Of a DNA stretch of 64,000 nt, positions 1 through 14,791 are shown piece by piece. Position numbers and translations under genes: made by a program. Location: positions 15,642,140 through 15,706,139 of the forward strand of contig CP154954.1 of the NCBI GenBank assembly GCA_039621445.1, given 5' to 3'. How positions within the stretch are numbered: the first letter of the stretch is position 1; each line of letters opens with the position of its first letter. The stretch comes from Euglena gracilis (lineage: Eukaryota). The notes beneath the pieces are model-generated. The model was not told the origin of the DNA and made no database searches. It saw nothing but the letters and a program-made list of their open reading frames with translations.

Positions 1-74
1 ATTTGGATATTTGAGTTTCGGGTCGGTGAAGTGATTCAAATAGAAGTCCAGCAAGTGGAACCCCACCTGTTATC

Positions 75-3000
75 AACACTTGCATTGTCGCTTGCCCCGG
101 CCATAATCATCTGGGTGGTGTTCATGGACCTGATGACGTCCTCCGTGGACCTGCTGCGGGGTACCACGCGGGACTCAATGGACGTCATCGTACAAAATAT
201 CCAACAGTTGCTCATGTGCAGGTTGAGGCAGTCAAGAAGATCCAACATTCAACTTTGGATACCGGTTTTCCTTGCATCGAATGTGAAAAAAACAACCAAA
301 TTGTCACACTGAACCAGCAAAATGGTCGAAATTGCCCGAGTTGGTAAGAAATGGCAGAAAAATGTGTCAATTTCAGATAGTAAAATTGTCTGTTATCGCA
401 TTCTTTGAATCAAAGAAAAAAAGTCTTTGATTTGTTGGCAGGTATTTCTTACGCCGGACCCCTCCCTACCCCGGGTGGGTCCAGCCAGCCAGCACTTTTT
501 TTCCTGCTCCCAGCTGGTCTGTGGACCCTCCGGGGGGGGGGGGGGAGTTGAGAATTTTTTTTTGCAGCCGGAAAATTTTTTCGGACCGAATTGCCGAAAC
601 TTTTTGAAAAGGTGTCAAAAGTACCAGAAAGGGTCATTTTGGTACGCTTCCCCCCCCCCACCTCAAGAGCTCATTGCCTGAAAAATGCATCCCAGCTGCC
701 AGCTGGATTCGGGCTTTTCTTGCCTGTTTTTTTCGGGTTCCAGCCAGGTCCAGCGCGGCAGCCGGGTTCAAACCATCTGGACCCCCCCACCCCATAGGGG
801 GGGGGGGTCCAGCCAGCAGCTGGACGGCTGGACCTTCCCCCTAAGAAATTCCCTTGTGATTGTGGGTCCTTGGATTGACTGATTTGTCAATCCAAGTCAT
901 GGAGAGGGAGGCAAATGCCCTTGCCTGCTTGTGCCTTGGACACCCGTCTCATACATGGACCTGAAAACTCACACAGTTACCCCTGAAATTATAAACTGGT
1001 ACAGAGATTTACTGTGTTGAATCTTTTGTATGTTATTTATCATTGGCTTTTTCAAGGATAAAATTCAGATTCTCAAACAGGCCTAAAACCATTGATTTTG
1101 ATCCGTTTTGGTCAAAATGGCCAAAACTACAGAAATTACAAAAGCAGCTGAAACGTTTTTAAAAATGGAACACCCTTCTCAAGAATTTCAGTTTTCAACG
1201 TCAGGTCCAGCCCTTCCTTTTCCTGTTTTTTTATTCTGACCTTTCAGTGAACAAGAACACCACCCTAGCCCATTCTCAGTTTTTTTTTTTGCATTCCTCA
1301 AAGAAAGGTTGACCCATAACGTTGACCTGCCTCTTACCTCTATGCGGATTTGGTTTCTCTGAGGGGAGAGGTGTCCAAACAGCTTGTAAGTCTGTAAGTC
1401 TGTGAAATCCACAGGGCAACGTCGGGTGAACATATTTTTTTTTTAATTCGGTTGGCCAACCTTTCCAACCTAAACCCTAAACCTGTTTGGTGAGCCAGGC
1501 GATCGAACGGTTCGACGCTCGGCTGACGGAGGGCGAGAAGGAGATGACGGAGGTGGCTCTCATGGTGCAGGGCAGCGGGGTGCTGGGCTACGGCTGGGCA
1601 CCTGCAGCGAACCGAATGCGGGGTTGGGCTCCCCTTGCACCCCAGAGCCAGAATTCTTCAGGAGTGTCTTGAAAGCTCTTGCAAACTTTTTGTCCAGAAG
1701 ATTCTGGAACACTGCTGAGTTTGTAAAAGTGTTACCCTTTCTGTGAGCAAGGCATCCGGCGGACACAGAAAAAGAAGGGGCTGTAGCTTTTTGGCGGGGA
1801 CGGCAGTGTGCTAAAGGAGGTGCAAGGGAGCGGGTGTCCAACGACGACCTGCGACCCTCGCGATTTGATATCCCGCGGTTGGGCCTGCACACTTCTGTCC
1901 CACAGAGCTCATGGCACTCCCATTTTTGAAGCGCGAAGGCAAGTTCAAGACAGTTAGAACTGCGATGAAAGCTGATTTACAGGTAAACCCCCAAAATAAG
2001 GCCCAGGTCTTATCAGGGATATGTGCTTATCTTAAAACGGATGGTTGCAGATAACTAAGGATAACCTTGGATAAAAACTTGACCCACTATGGATAACCAC
2101 CAATCCTGGTCTTATTTTTGGGTCTATTGCTGGAAAACTCCAGGGAGGTCTTATTTTTTGGAGGTGTCTTATCTTTGGATTTTTTCTTGACCGAACCGAG
2201 ACAGAAAAAATGGCAACATTTTTTTTAGGTTCCCAAAAACGCCAAAAATTTTTTCCTCGGCGCTTCGCGCCATGTGTAAATTGGTATAAGCTGATATTTA
2301 CCATGACTAAGCATTTCAAAAAGCTGAAAATATTTGAAATTCCGTCATTTTGTGACTGGAATTAAGGCTTTTTTTGAGAAAAAATTTACCCTCCCTTCCG
2401 CTTGTGCTGCCAAGGGGGGGGGTCTTTTGGGGATCTTTTTTTGGATTTTTGCCATCTTTGGCCGACTTTTCCCATTTCAGCTGGAAGATACTCTGTGGGG
2501 GAGGTCCATTAACAAACGTTAGCCTGACTCTGCACAACTGGATCCAGACAACAGTTTCAGATGTGGAACATCTGGACTTGCGTGAGCTTTAGCCGTTTTT
2601 AAGCGGTGCTGAGCTCAATAAATCAAGTGTGCAGCAATGGTTTAAACCCAGTAATTTAAAAATAAAAAAAGTGGGAACGCCATGCCTCTAGGACCCCTCC
2701 CAGGAGACCCAATTACAAGAGGGACGGACCCCCGATTCCCAGGTTCCGCAGGATTTTTGTGAAATTTAGGGGACCAAAACATGTTTGATGTCAGAATTAG
2801 GATTAAGTTTCGGGTTAGGTTTGGAGATAGGGAAGGTTCCGGTAAGCTTAGTTATAGGAGTTTCAGGGCCCAAATTTAGCCTAAATTTAGGCTAAATTTG
2901 GGCTAACTTTAGGCCTGACTGTGCCTGGAATTGTCCCAAAACGGGAATGCAAACTCTAACCCTAGGCCTACTGCGAGGAATTACCTCAAGGATTACACAA

Positions 3001-6000
3001 AACGGTGGTAAAGTGGTGACACCCGCGTAAATGCCCCATACAAGTGGGACCCCACCCCAGGTCATGCCTCTGGGGAGGGGCCCAAAGGTATGGGGCTGCT
3101 CAATTTGTACACACATATTTTCATATACCCCCCCCAAATAATACCCCCGGGGTATTATTTTTTCGCCCCAAGTCCCAGCCCAAGGGGTCATAGCACCCCA
3201 AAATTTTGAGAATTTCCGAAGTCCTGTAGGAGCCAAAAAAGCGCCATTTGACCCCCTTTGGGCTCATTTTTTTTTGTATTTTCTTCTGGAATTTGCCATT
3301 TTTTTTTAAGAGGTCAGACGATACAGAAAAATCGATTTTTTTTCGTAATTCGTTGCCAGAGATTGTATTTTCAGGTCAAAATCCGGGCCTTTGGCCCGAA
3401 ATCAGGGAGGAGGTATTAACCTAAAGTCGGACCCGAGGGGGGGGGTATTATTTGGGAGGGGTATTATTTTGGGGGGGGGTATTATTTGGGGGGAGGGTTT
3501 ACAAGAATAGATAATTACATATATGCATGTATACATATGTGCACATGAATGTATATGCATATGTACATATTTATGTGCATAAAAAGGCACACGCGACCTA
3601 CATGTTTATAATAAAAAGCACAAAATAAACACATACACACAATGATAATAACAGAATATAAGAATTAAATAAAGGCTTATAAATAAAAACACCCTGTGCG
3701 CGGGGAGTTATTTTCAAAGTGTTCTTCATTGCTAGCAGAAAGGCGTTTTTTTTTTTGACTTGGGTCCAGTAAAACGGGTGTAACTTGTGCAGGCGCAACG
3801 TTAGAATCAAGAAACGGTTTTTTCGTTTTGGGGACCAGTAAAATTCTGCCCCCCCCCCCTCCGGGGGGTGTCCACTAGGATTTCCACCAGCTAAATTTGA
3901 ACTAGCTGCAGTCGATCCCCCCCCCCCCCCTGGGAGGTGGTCTGCAAAAACAGAAGCCTGCTGGGGTTATCCAAAGTTCCGGTATGAACTGATTCCTGCC
4001 CTGGGAGCTTTTCTTATATGGTCCCCCCTGACCCTCCCAAATGTCCATTTTTGAAGTTTTTTGAACAATTTTTTTTTGCCAGTAGGTAGAACAAAATCAG
4101 GCAAAAAAGCCTCAGTACAAACCCCATTTCCACCTTGGCGCAGGAGAAAAGGTGTTGCCAGTTGGGGTAGCAGGTAATAGGTAGTAGGCAGTAGGTTTCA
4201 GTAAGTAGGTTGGGGGGGCAGATTTTGGAAATCATTTTTTGTACTATGCAATGTACTCTCCACATATTTTTATTTTTTTTAACATTCCTCACATTAAGAA
4301 CTCATTTTTTTAATTTACCATCTCGATGCCCTTCGGGCGGCCAAACAGGTCCAGAATTCGTGGGTCAGAGAGGCGAGTTTTTGTCCACCATGGTGAGGTC
4401 TGCGTTAAGAGCTCAGCAACCCCCTTCTTTCTCTCTGTGCTTTCTTTAGCTTTCTGTGCTGAAACGGCTAGAGGTGCAGGCAGCCCCCTTCACTGGCCAG
4501 ACCTTCACCATGATGCAAGGCCACCGCTTCTTCTCCCAGGTGTCCGTGATTGGCAGCTACCTGGACCCCACAGAGGCCCAGGGGGACGGAGAAGCCTCCC
4601 TCCATTTGTTTCTCATTTGAACATTTGATTTTAACACGTGATGTACAAATTTTCGGTCTCTTGCAGGGAGTTCATTTCATTCAAGGTCAATCAAAAGGTG
4701 AGAGAATGCAGAAGATGCGGTTGTGGATGTGAAGGAGGATGGATGGATTGCCGCACAGTTGAACAAACATTATTTTGTCTATATTCCCATACCTCTCCGC
4801 TCGTGTAATTGACCCAAGTGCTCATCTGATTGTGAATCAGCTCACGAAGAAGACATATCTGCAAAGAAAATATTCCTCGCGATGTATTTGTGATTCTGCA
4901 ACTTTTTTTCGGGGGGTCCAGTTGGGCCCAACAGAGGTGGGAGTCAACTTTGGGGAGGGGGTCAAGTTGTGCTCAACAGCTCAGGGGGTCAATAACCGTG
5001 GGAGGTGCTGATTTCTGGTTGATGGGAATCAAAATTGTTGAGATATTTGGCCTGGCGTAACAAACGGTCTGATGACAAACACTGCGGATTGCTTTTGCCA
5101 ACAAGTATTTTTTTATTCATTTTCTGGATCCATCCTTCTGGCTTCCCCTGCCCGCAGTTTCTTTATCCCCACCTTCTGGGTGACGTGGGTGGCGTTCTAT
5201 ATGGATTTCCTCAACAACAGCTTCGGCACGCGCACACTGTACAGCACCCCATTGGTGATGGCCGCCAATGAGAAGAGTTCGACTTTAGGCTGGGCCCCCT
5301 CTGTGACTTTTTCAACGGCTTTTGCGGTTTGTTTCTCAGCCAGAAGTTTGACAAAGTTTTGTCACCCATGCCATTTACAATTCTGTCCTTCACTTGGGAG
5401 TGGGCTTGGAACTTTATTCCTGCAATCCCCATCCAGACAATAGATCCCTGACAAAATGACTGGATACCAGCAAAAGCCTTCGCAGGAGTTTCAATGACCG
5501 ACCCAAGAAATAAACCCCACAACCTCACAAGCTGAATATCTGTTGTTTCCTTTGCAAACATTTTGGACATAAGAAAATGGTTGAAATACCATTTTTTTGG
5601 TATTTTTGTTTCGGAGAATCTTTTGTAAACTTTCTGTTTTTTTTTAATGGACTCCCTGCAAAATTTTCTGCCAAAACTTTCCAGGAATCCAAGAAACCAA
5701 GAAAAACAGACCCAAGGAACGAAAGAGAAGCAGTAGTCTCCACCATACCTCAGATGAATGGCCCTGAAGACTGTACTGGATCTTTTTGGATTGACTTCAG
5801 CTGGTGAGGGGACCTACCAGGCAACATTACGCAGGTGAATCAGATTACTGCAAAGCCGAGGTATTTGATTCAATCACAAGTTGCGCCTGCTGCTTATTTT
5901 GACAGGCCCTCCCCTGACCCAAATGCCACACAGGCTGGATTACATGGGGCGGGACCATCCTTTAATTTTACTACCCCCCCCCCCCGCCATCTGGGAAGTT

Positions 6001-8272
6001 CTCACCCCCCCCCCCCACAGGGCCTTGTCACCTTGGGTCATGCGGGAAATCCACCACCCAGAAAATTGTTCCCAGAAAATTGTGCTCCAGTTTGTGCTTG
6101 CTGACTTGTCAGGTACTCACTTCAAGAGGTGGAATCCTTTTTTTGTCATTGTCTTCTTTCCCTTGATTACCTTTGGTTCGTTTTCGAAAAAAAAACCGAA
6201 AATTGGCTGAAAATGAAATGAAAAAAAAGGTGGCCGCCAAGAGGGTATCTCAAGTTTTTGCTGCAGATATATTCTGATTTGTTTACGTGGATGCAGAATT
6301 CACTCCTACCCCTCATTTTTGCCAAATGTTGATGATAGATGCAGAATTCACTCCTACCCCTCATTTTTGCCAAATGTTGATGATCTGCTACCGCCTGAGA
6401 TAATATGTGTTTCTTTTGTGTTTTTCTGTACTGATTTTCTTTTGGCTTACGTAATTTTTAGAGCTGGAAATGGGGATGAAATGTGGATCTAACTAAAACC
6501 TTAGTGCCAGAGAACGAGGAGGAGGAAGAAATGAGAGGTGAAATAATTATGCCATCAGGGCTGTTTTGAAATTATGTTCGGATCTAATAAGGTATTGATA
6601 TTTGTTGTCAGGAATTGTTGTCAGTTTGGCTAAACAGAATGCACGTTGTTTGGGGAACAATTGTCGTGGAATGCTGTGGATTAATTGCCGCTCAAGAAAC
6701 GAAACGAAGCCCGCTTTTGTGTTCTTCGGACGGGCAGGGCAAAGTCAGTGTAGGGCCTCGACCCAGGCTGGCGAAGTGGGTGGACGGCTGGCTGACCACC
6801 ATGGCGTGGAACCGGTTCACAGGGCAGGTGGAGCTGGTCCTCCGGCAGAGCACAGGGGCTCCCTTGTGCCACCCTCCCTTCCGGATGGGTTCCCCTCTCC
6901 GACTTCCCCGAAAGTGCATTCGAAGTACGTCCTTTTTTGACACACTTACTTTAGATTTAGATCCATCACGTACCCCCCTTGTGTGCGCTGTGGCTGTTTG
7001 TTTGGTGCCTTTTATCCCTTCTTTGGCCTGGCGCTGTTTTTCGCCTCTGGTCTTTTTTTTTGGTCTCTGTATGTGGAGGTGGTAGGTACACCCCCCAGTC
7101 TATTAGGAACCCCGCCAAAAATTGCTCTCTCCCCAAATAATAGCCTCCCTCGAATAATGGCCTCCTGGATTTTTGTGGGTATTCTGAGGGCAGTTCTGTA
7201 GGGACAATTTTCAACGCAAAATCTAACCCTGCCCCCCCCCCCCGATATTTTAACCAATTGTCTGAACAACCTTATTATGTTTTATGGGGTTTAGATTGCA
7301 GAGATTCTTTCTCACATTGTTTCCCCTCGAACCACAAGATCTGAACCAACCCCCTCCCCCCTAAATACCCCTCCCCCCTGAAATTGTCATCTCGGAAAAC
7401 TGTCACCTGAGCCCCGTGCTCGCTGACCTGTCACCACGGGCACCTGTCACCGACCTCTGTAGTCGCTGATTTGTTGACTTGGGAGTTTATATGTGGGTGG
7501 GGGAGTTTAACAAGAAGCTCCGTCCTATTTTTCAAAAAACGTGACGCCAAGATATGCATCTCCGTATTTCCAGGTGCAGTCCGAGAAAGATTTTTTGGTT
7601 GGAATTGGTTTTTCTGGGTCTCTTCGGGGGCATATGGTTTGGGTCTCTGGGAAGAGGGGGAGTCAGAGCTTTGGCACCAAAACCTGTAGGTTTACCTCCT
7701 TTGGGTAGAGTCTTGTATCTAACAAGCCACAAAGACTGGAGCTGTGTGGTCAGTGGGGTAGATCCAGCCGTCGAATCACGCAAAGTGCTTGATTTGGCCC
7801 GATTTTCAAATATAGCCAGGTCGATTTGAAGTGTGTCTGGGTGCCAAACCACAATCCAGTGATGTGAATCCCGTGTGTCAGCACGCAATATATCCTTTTT
7901 CAACCACAGTGTCGGGTTTCACAAGCCCTCCCTCCCAACCTAAGTGCCTGGAAGGGGTTTGGGAACTGCTCCAAAGTACAGGTATGACCCCGACGCAAAG
8001 CCGTTCCTTCCAACAGAACTAGTTTCCAAAGAGTGTCCCCAAGGCTGTCCCTGGGCCCAAATCGCGGCCCAGAACGGGACGGGGATACAGCTGACCATCA
8101 ACATTGGGGCCGCGACCATCAGCGATGAGCTGCGGAGCCAACTGAAGGGGTTCCCCGATGCCCAAGCGCCTCCGGCAGGTCACCTCCTCCTCCTCCTCAA
8201 TTCAAACCACGTGGTATTCAGGCCTTGGTCAAGAATCTCTTAACCAAAAAAGCCCAGCCAGCCAGCCAGCCA

Positions 8273-8303
<31 letters not shown>

Positions 8304-11300
8304 AGCACCTGTATTCCAGCACGCTTTCCAGCCAGCCGGTTGACCCCCCGGAGCCTTTCAAAAACCCGTGCTTAGCTGGCGCACAAATACTTCCTGTTGT
8401 ATGTCTGACCGGGTGTTTTATTAAAGAACACACACTTTTTTTTTATCTCGATGCCACACATGTGTAAACTCTTTTAACTTTCCGCGCCGTTTTTGCGGGC
8501 CTGAATGGTGAGACAACCACCCTGGGAGCCAGCCCAGTGGGGGTTGCTTGCCAGAGACCGACTGGTGCTCTTTTTCCGCCAGCCGCATGGCTACATGATA
8601 GCGCCCGGCGATGGTTTGCCACCGTTGATTTGCATCCACCCAGTCAACAGTTTGAAGATGGCCACCCAATTGCCCACCAACAGTTCACGGTGACAAAAAC
8701 AAAGGGGAATCCATGAAATATTAACCACTGATAACCGGGGGGGGGGTGCCAAATCTTCAAGAACTGTCGCTAACCACTGGGAGGTTTCCGTTCAATTCTG
8801 GGTGGTCCTCCTGGTAGTGTGTGGGGTTCAGCGGTGAGCTAAGCGTCAGATTAGGCGTTACTGCAAAACCACCAAGCCCTGACACCCACACCAGTCTGCC
8901 CCCCCCCCCTCGAATAGAAGCCCTCTCCCCAAATCTCCCAATAACAGGCCCTCTGGGCCCTCCCCCCCCAAAACCAAATGACAGCCCTCCCCCCCACTGG
9001 CCCAGCACTTTCGACCAAACACTACCCAAAATTGAGAGGAAATCTGCAAAATAGGTACATTCCAGAAAAAAATTGATATCTGTCATCCTTGGACCATCCG
9101 CCATCCACCCATAGCATCAAAAGTCACGTTTTCGACCTTTTTTTTTTTTTACTTTCAGACGCCGTTCGATCCCCGGACCACCCTCAGCTGCCTTTTGGCC
9201 GAAGTCAAACAAAGATACCCAAATAGAAGCCGTCCCCCATTGTGACCGAATATTAGCCCCAGGGGATTCTAATGGGGGGCCGTTCATACTGCCGCCATGT
9301 GGGGAGGTGTGTGCAGCAACAAACAGTACCCGACCCCCCCCCTTGTCCACTGACCACCCCTGAGTACCGACCACCCCCTTGTCGGGAGTTGCAGGGGGTG
9401 CATACGACCCCCCCCCCTGGTTGAAGGTTGTGGGTAACCTGGGAAAAACAGGTTTTTTTTTGGCACCCGCACACAAACACACGAACACACACATATGCAG
9501 AACACAGCGTTAGCATATTCCTAAACTTGCTGTTAAATGAATGCGACAGATACCCCTTCAACAGAGTGCCGGCATTCAATGCTGCGGGGGCTGTACCCGT
9601 AGCAACAGCTTGGGTCGGGGGTATGGTACAGACGGGGGTGGGGCTGGCACAAATGACTGAGAACTGAGGAATGGCCCAAGTCGCCCAACCCCTCACCCGA
9701 CCCCCCACCCCCCACATCAGGGGTTGCAAGTCAGATGATGCTTATGAGCTCCTGGTCGGGGGTTGTTGGAAATCGGTCGGTGGGCAAGGGGGGGGGGGTG
9801 TACAAAGCCAAAATGTTTTGGGCGCAGTGGGTTGGGGTGGTTGACCTTCCGAAGGCCATTGCTGAAGTGGGGTGGAGCAACTTCTGCAGAATTTTTTGTT
9901 TGATTGTTTCCATGTGCCAAGAAAGAGAAGGGCGATATCACCACAACAGGTTTCCTTTGGTAGGCAGATGTTTGCAATTGCAGTAGCAGTTGCAGTTTCT
10001 ATTGGCTGGAAAGGTGTCCAGCGTTGCGGCCTCTTTTGTCTCATTTGGCCGGGCGGGGTTTGACCCCCTGAGACACCGCCGCTCCCAGCCTCCCACGGGA
10101 AGTATTTCAGCCATAGCGACGTGGACGCGCGCTACATCAACCCGCTGCTGCACCCCCCGAACATCTCCGCCTACAGCCTGTGGACTTGCCTGCAAAGCAA
10201 GGCTTCACTTAAAACCTGTGTGACCGCGGCCCCAGGGGGGGAGGTCGGTTTTCGAGGGTGGGTGGGTGGGTTGGGGCCTTGGGACCCCCCCCCAGGGGTG
10301 GGATACACCTGGGTCAGGTTATTCCCCTGCTGAAGGCTGGACCGGATATTTTTTTTTTCAGCGGTTTCAATTTTGGCTGGATTTTGGGTGGGTGGTTGGT
10401 TGACCCCCGGCGGCGGGGGAGTCGTGGGTGGGTTCTCAAAAAAATGGGTGGGCGGGTTTGGGCCCGGGGAAAAGCCCCCCCCCCCCTCTGGGGTCACTGA
10501 GTGATTCCATGCTGCAGAGCAATGACGCCCTCATCGCCCTAGCCTGCCAGCAGCTGTATGGCAAGTACCAGGCAGGGGAAGGGCTCGCATCCTTATTTCA
10601 AAAGCACCCATGCGCAGGGTCCATCCACCCCTGCAACAAAAGGAACAACTTCACCACACATGGCGTGCTAAGAATCCAGCCACACACTTTCACCGAATCT
10701 TCAACAAGAACTTCTTTTACCCGTCAAGAAGGGGTGAGGTGGCTGAGGTGGGCATCTGGCTGGGAAGAGTTTGCAGCTGGACAATGGCTCAGCCTTGGGC
10801 TCAGATCCAGCATATCTGGTCTCCACTCAGGGATTTTGTTTAGTCTTGGACCCGGGGGGGGGGGGTAGGGTGGGTGGGTCCGGCCGAGATTTTTGGCATA
10901 TTCCGCGAGTTTTCGACCATTTTTGAGGAAAATTGAGTGGGTCCCCCGGGATCCCCGCCCGGTCTGAAGAAATCCCCTGTCTCCACTGTGTTGATTGAAC
11001 CGCCTTTGGGTCTTGGGTTAAAAGCCCTGCGAAACGAAAAACCATTTACTTTCCTAACAAATATACCGCCCACCCTCGGGAAACTATCATGTTGAGAAAT
11101 TATCAAGGTCTGCGGTACCGGCTGACAGTGGCCTGGAGGTTGGGGGGTGCTTGAATGGAAAGAAAGGCACTTCCTCTGCTGCCAATCATGGACAGCCATC
11201 CCCGAGATGAACCAGGAGATGGTGCTGGCGGGCCAGCGGTACTGGGTGGCCACCGGCTACAGCTCCGGTGATCGGGCCGGTGATGGCTGGATGCCTGGCT

Positions 11301-14300
11301 GGACGGCCTAGCGGAGCCGGCGGTGGCGTGGCAGAGAGGGGTCGCAACGGAAGTGCTGCCCTCCAGGGCAGCCAGCTCACCGTCGTATGGACGTGTGTAC
11401 GTGCAACAAATGTCCAAAAAAACGGACGATCGTTGCTGGCTGGGCCGACTCAGTCTGTTTCTTTCTGCAAAGAATTATAATGAAGAATATCGGGCTTCAA
11501 CTGAGAGCCAAACATCTCATTATCCAAAATTTCTGATGCCTCCAAAGTCCTGTATTTCAATGCCCCCCCCCCCCAATAAGGCCCGGGGCTCATTTTTGCA
11601 TCCGTTGCTGGAAACCTCCAGGGGGGTATTGTTATTTTTCGGGCCCGAAAAACATCCTTTTTTGGTTCAAATATGCACCAAATTTCACCTGCGGCGCTTC
11701 GCACCATGTACGCAGTGGCAGAAATTGAGATTTCACGTGGTTTTCTGCTCTCAAAATCACAATTTTCATCATTTTTGTGCCTATACTCTGGGATTTTGGT
11801 ATTTTTTTTTTCAGGGACGTTTTCTCCGTCTCCAGCTCTTTGCTTTTAACGTTGTGAAGGGTCTTATTTTTGGGTTTTTGCCAATCGACCCAGGGAAGAT
11901 TTTTTTGGGAGCGGGGGGTTTATTGGAACGTGGTCTTATTTTTGGAGGGGTTTTCATACCCATCTCCCGGATGAAATTGTCATGCCTCGGAAACCGTTGG
12001 AAATGGTCGACCAGTCATTTTCAGAATTTATCAGGGTCAGCATTCGTCGACCTGTCAGGAGACAGTTGTACCATATAGGTATGTTTGCACACATACATAT
12101 AATATCAAGTGTATGTATGTCTATGAATATGTAGACAGCAATTGGGCAAAACGAACCGGACACTCTTCCTCAAAAAATACCCACAAAATCTCAAGGGGGC
12201 AATCTCTCGTTTACTGTCCAACCCACTCAAAACTCCAGCAAAGCGGAAATTGGTTGCCTGGGAGCCATCCCCAAGAGAGGGGTGGAGGGGTGGCTTCTGG
12301 CGGTTCAATTTCTTGACTCGTCGCCGGCGAAAGTTGGACCCCCACCAAAAAAGACCCACTGATTGAATCCCGGCTGAATCTGCAAGTATGTATTTTCTGC
12401 CTTGTGCTCTCGATCTAAATTTCATTTTGCATGATTGCTGCCAAGTAAAACCCCCCAATTAGAAGCCCCCTGGGGCTACTATTTGGTCACTCTGCGGAAA
12501 ACCTGGGGGGAGGGCTTCTGACTGGGTACCCTTTGGCTAAAGGAAAAACATTTGGCCGGTGGCCGATCCGGGGATCGAATGGGGTCCAAATTTAATAATT
12601 TGCAAGCCGTATTTTTTTTTGAGTTTTGTGTGGATAGGCCATGTTTCAAGGACACCAGATATCAGTTTTGTTCCCGATGTCGACCTGTTTTTGTGGAGAT
12701 TTTTCGAGGTTTTCACTGTTTTTCGGAAATTTTTTCTGTCAACTTTGTCGGCCGGCTTCGTCGGGGAGGGGGGGGGGCTGTTGTTTGGGTTTTTGGTGGG
12801 AAACCCGGGGGGGGGGGGGTTTTATTTGGGGGGGTTGTTTTTTTTTGGGGGGGGGCTTTTAATTGGGGGGTTTTATGCCATCAGATGGTTTCCATTTCCG
12901 GCCCCGGCCCGGCCGCACCCTGCAGTGCACGGTGCTGATGCTGAAGTGCCGGGCGTCGGTGATGGGCAGCATCGACGCCAGCAACGCCTACGTGGACCAG
13001 TCTGTGTCGGACAAGAAGGGGGTCACACCCGGGGTGTTTGGACACTGGAGTTTGGGTCCCGGGCCCAAGCAGAATGATGACATATTTTGAGTAACCTTCC
13101 TTGGCGCTTTTTGTTGAAGTGCAGTGTTTTTGACGTTGACACACCTCATGTGCCAACAGCACATTGCGTTGCAGTTTCTTGGACAGCGGGGAAGCTAGTT
13201 GGTCAGAGGTGGTTAGGTATCTGAACTGCTGTGTTTCAACATTTGGTTTGTGATTGTTCACAGGGGTTTCAGCACGTGTTGCATTTCGTGTTTCCATCTC
13301 TATTTCTGGGCAGCATTTCTCCGGGGGCACCTCGTTCAATTTCCCCCCAGAAGAGCTATTGACTGTGCGGGGCACAGGGCAGGGTTTGATATAAGGAGGG
13401 CGTACATGGTTTAGGTAGGGGGGTCCCCCAACCCCCCCCCCCTGGCCCGCAGGGGGGGTCCGGACCACCCCCCCCCACCTGCCAGGGGGGGTCCGGACCG
13501 ACCCTCGGGGGGGTTCCCGGGACCCCCCAAAAAGGGTCAATTTTTTCCTCCGGCGCTTCGCGCCGAATATTTTTTTTGCATTTTTGGCACATTTTTTGCC
13601 CAAAAAGTGCCCAAAATGGCACTTTTGGTCGTTTTGGGGGTCAAAAATTTTCGGCCACCCTGACCGCGCACCTGTTTAGGTGGGGGGGGTGTCCCCCCCC
13701 ACCTCCCCCCCCTCCTGGCCCGCAGAGGCCCCCCCACCTGTCCTTATATCGAACCCTGCCACAGGGGTGTGGGTGAACGTGGTCGACCCTCCGCCGCCGT
13801 TCGTCATCCTCGGAGTGGTGAGCGCCGTTGCCGTCCTGCTTCCCCTCAGCGTAGGGTTGTGGCTGGCGACGCGGCTCTATATGCTCGCACGGGGAAGCAG
13901 GGCCTGTCCCCACACCGGTTCATGAAGTGGTCCCCCCCTCAGACTGTCATTCCTGAGATGCCAGATGTCACTACAGGTAGCCTCCAGGCAGCCCCAGGGC
14001 GGTCCTCAAGGGACAACCCTTAAGATTATTATTTATTTGTTTTTATCTGGACTTTTATCATGTTCAGGACGACCCCTTAAGGAGCACCCTTCGGCCAAAG
14101 GGCTGGCCAAGGGCTGGACCGAGGTCTGAAAGAGGTCAAAACTTAAAAAGCCGATAATCACAGTTTTTCATCTTTTGGCTGGTTTGGCCCAAGGATGCCA
14201 GAAACCTTTTTTTTTCCCCCTGGCGTCAACCTGTATTCGCCAAGAAACTTCACAGAAAGCCTTTTTGCCCATTTTCCCGGTGGCTTTTCAGTTGAGTGCC

Positions 14301-14749
14301 CTGGGACTGCAGATTGTCTATTTCCATTCTTTGTTTCGTTCGCTTAATGACCGCCCTGGGCAGGCCAGAAGCGTCTGCCTTTTGCTTCTGTTTCCACGGT
14401 TTCATTTGTGGTGCTGATCAGGCCAACGGGACGGGCCCTGCCCCCGATGGACCGCATCGCGCAGCTGCAGTTCGCGACCACCGCCCCGCCGCCCACCGTG
14501 TTCCGGGAGCTGCACCGCTTCCAGGCCTCCTTCGTCCAGATGGAGCGCGGCCTGCAGGCGTTCGGGAAGTTCGTGCCGCACGGCGTGGTGAAGGTGCTGG
14601 GCAGCCCGGGATTACAATTTGGGAGATGTGCCACGTCTGTTGTTGAATTTCTGTTTTCTTCTTTTCTTCTGCCACCCCCCCCCGGTTGAAGTGCAGTGTC
14701 GCAGATAGACCTGTTGCAGCAAAGCGTGCGCGCTGTGGGTCTCTGAACT

Positions 14750-14791
<42 letters not shown>

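Noticed and set aside
5151-5157. Conventional AG acceptor (cccgcAG) in the cyclase
   Set aside because: There is no matching in-phase GT donor, and the N3-CAG/CTG-N5 boundary preserves the frame.
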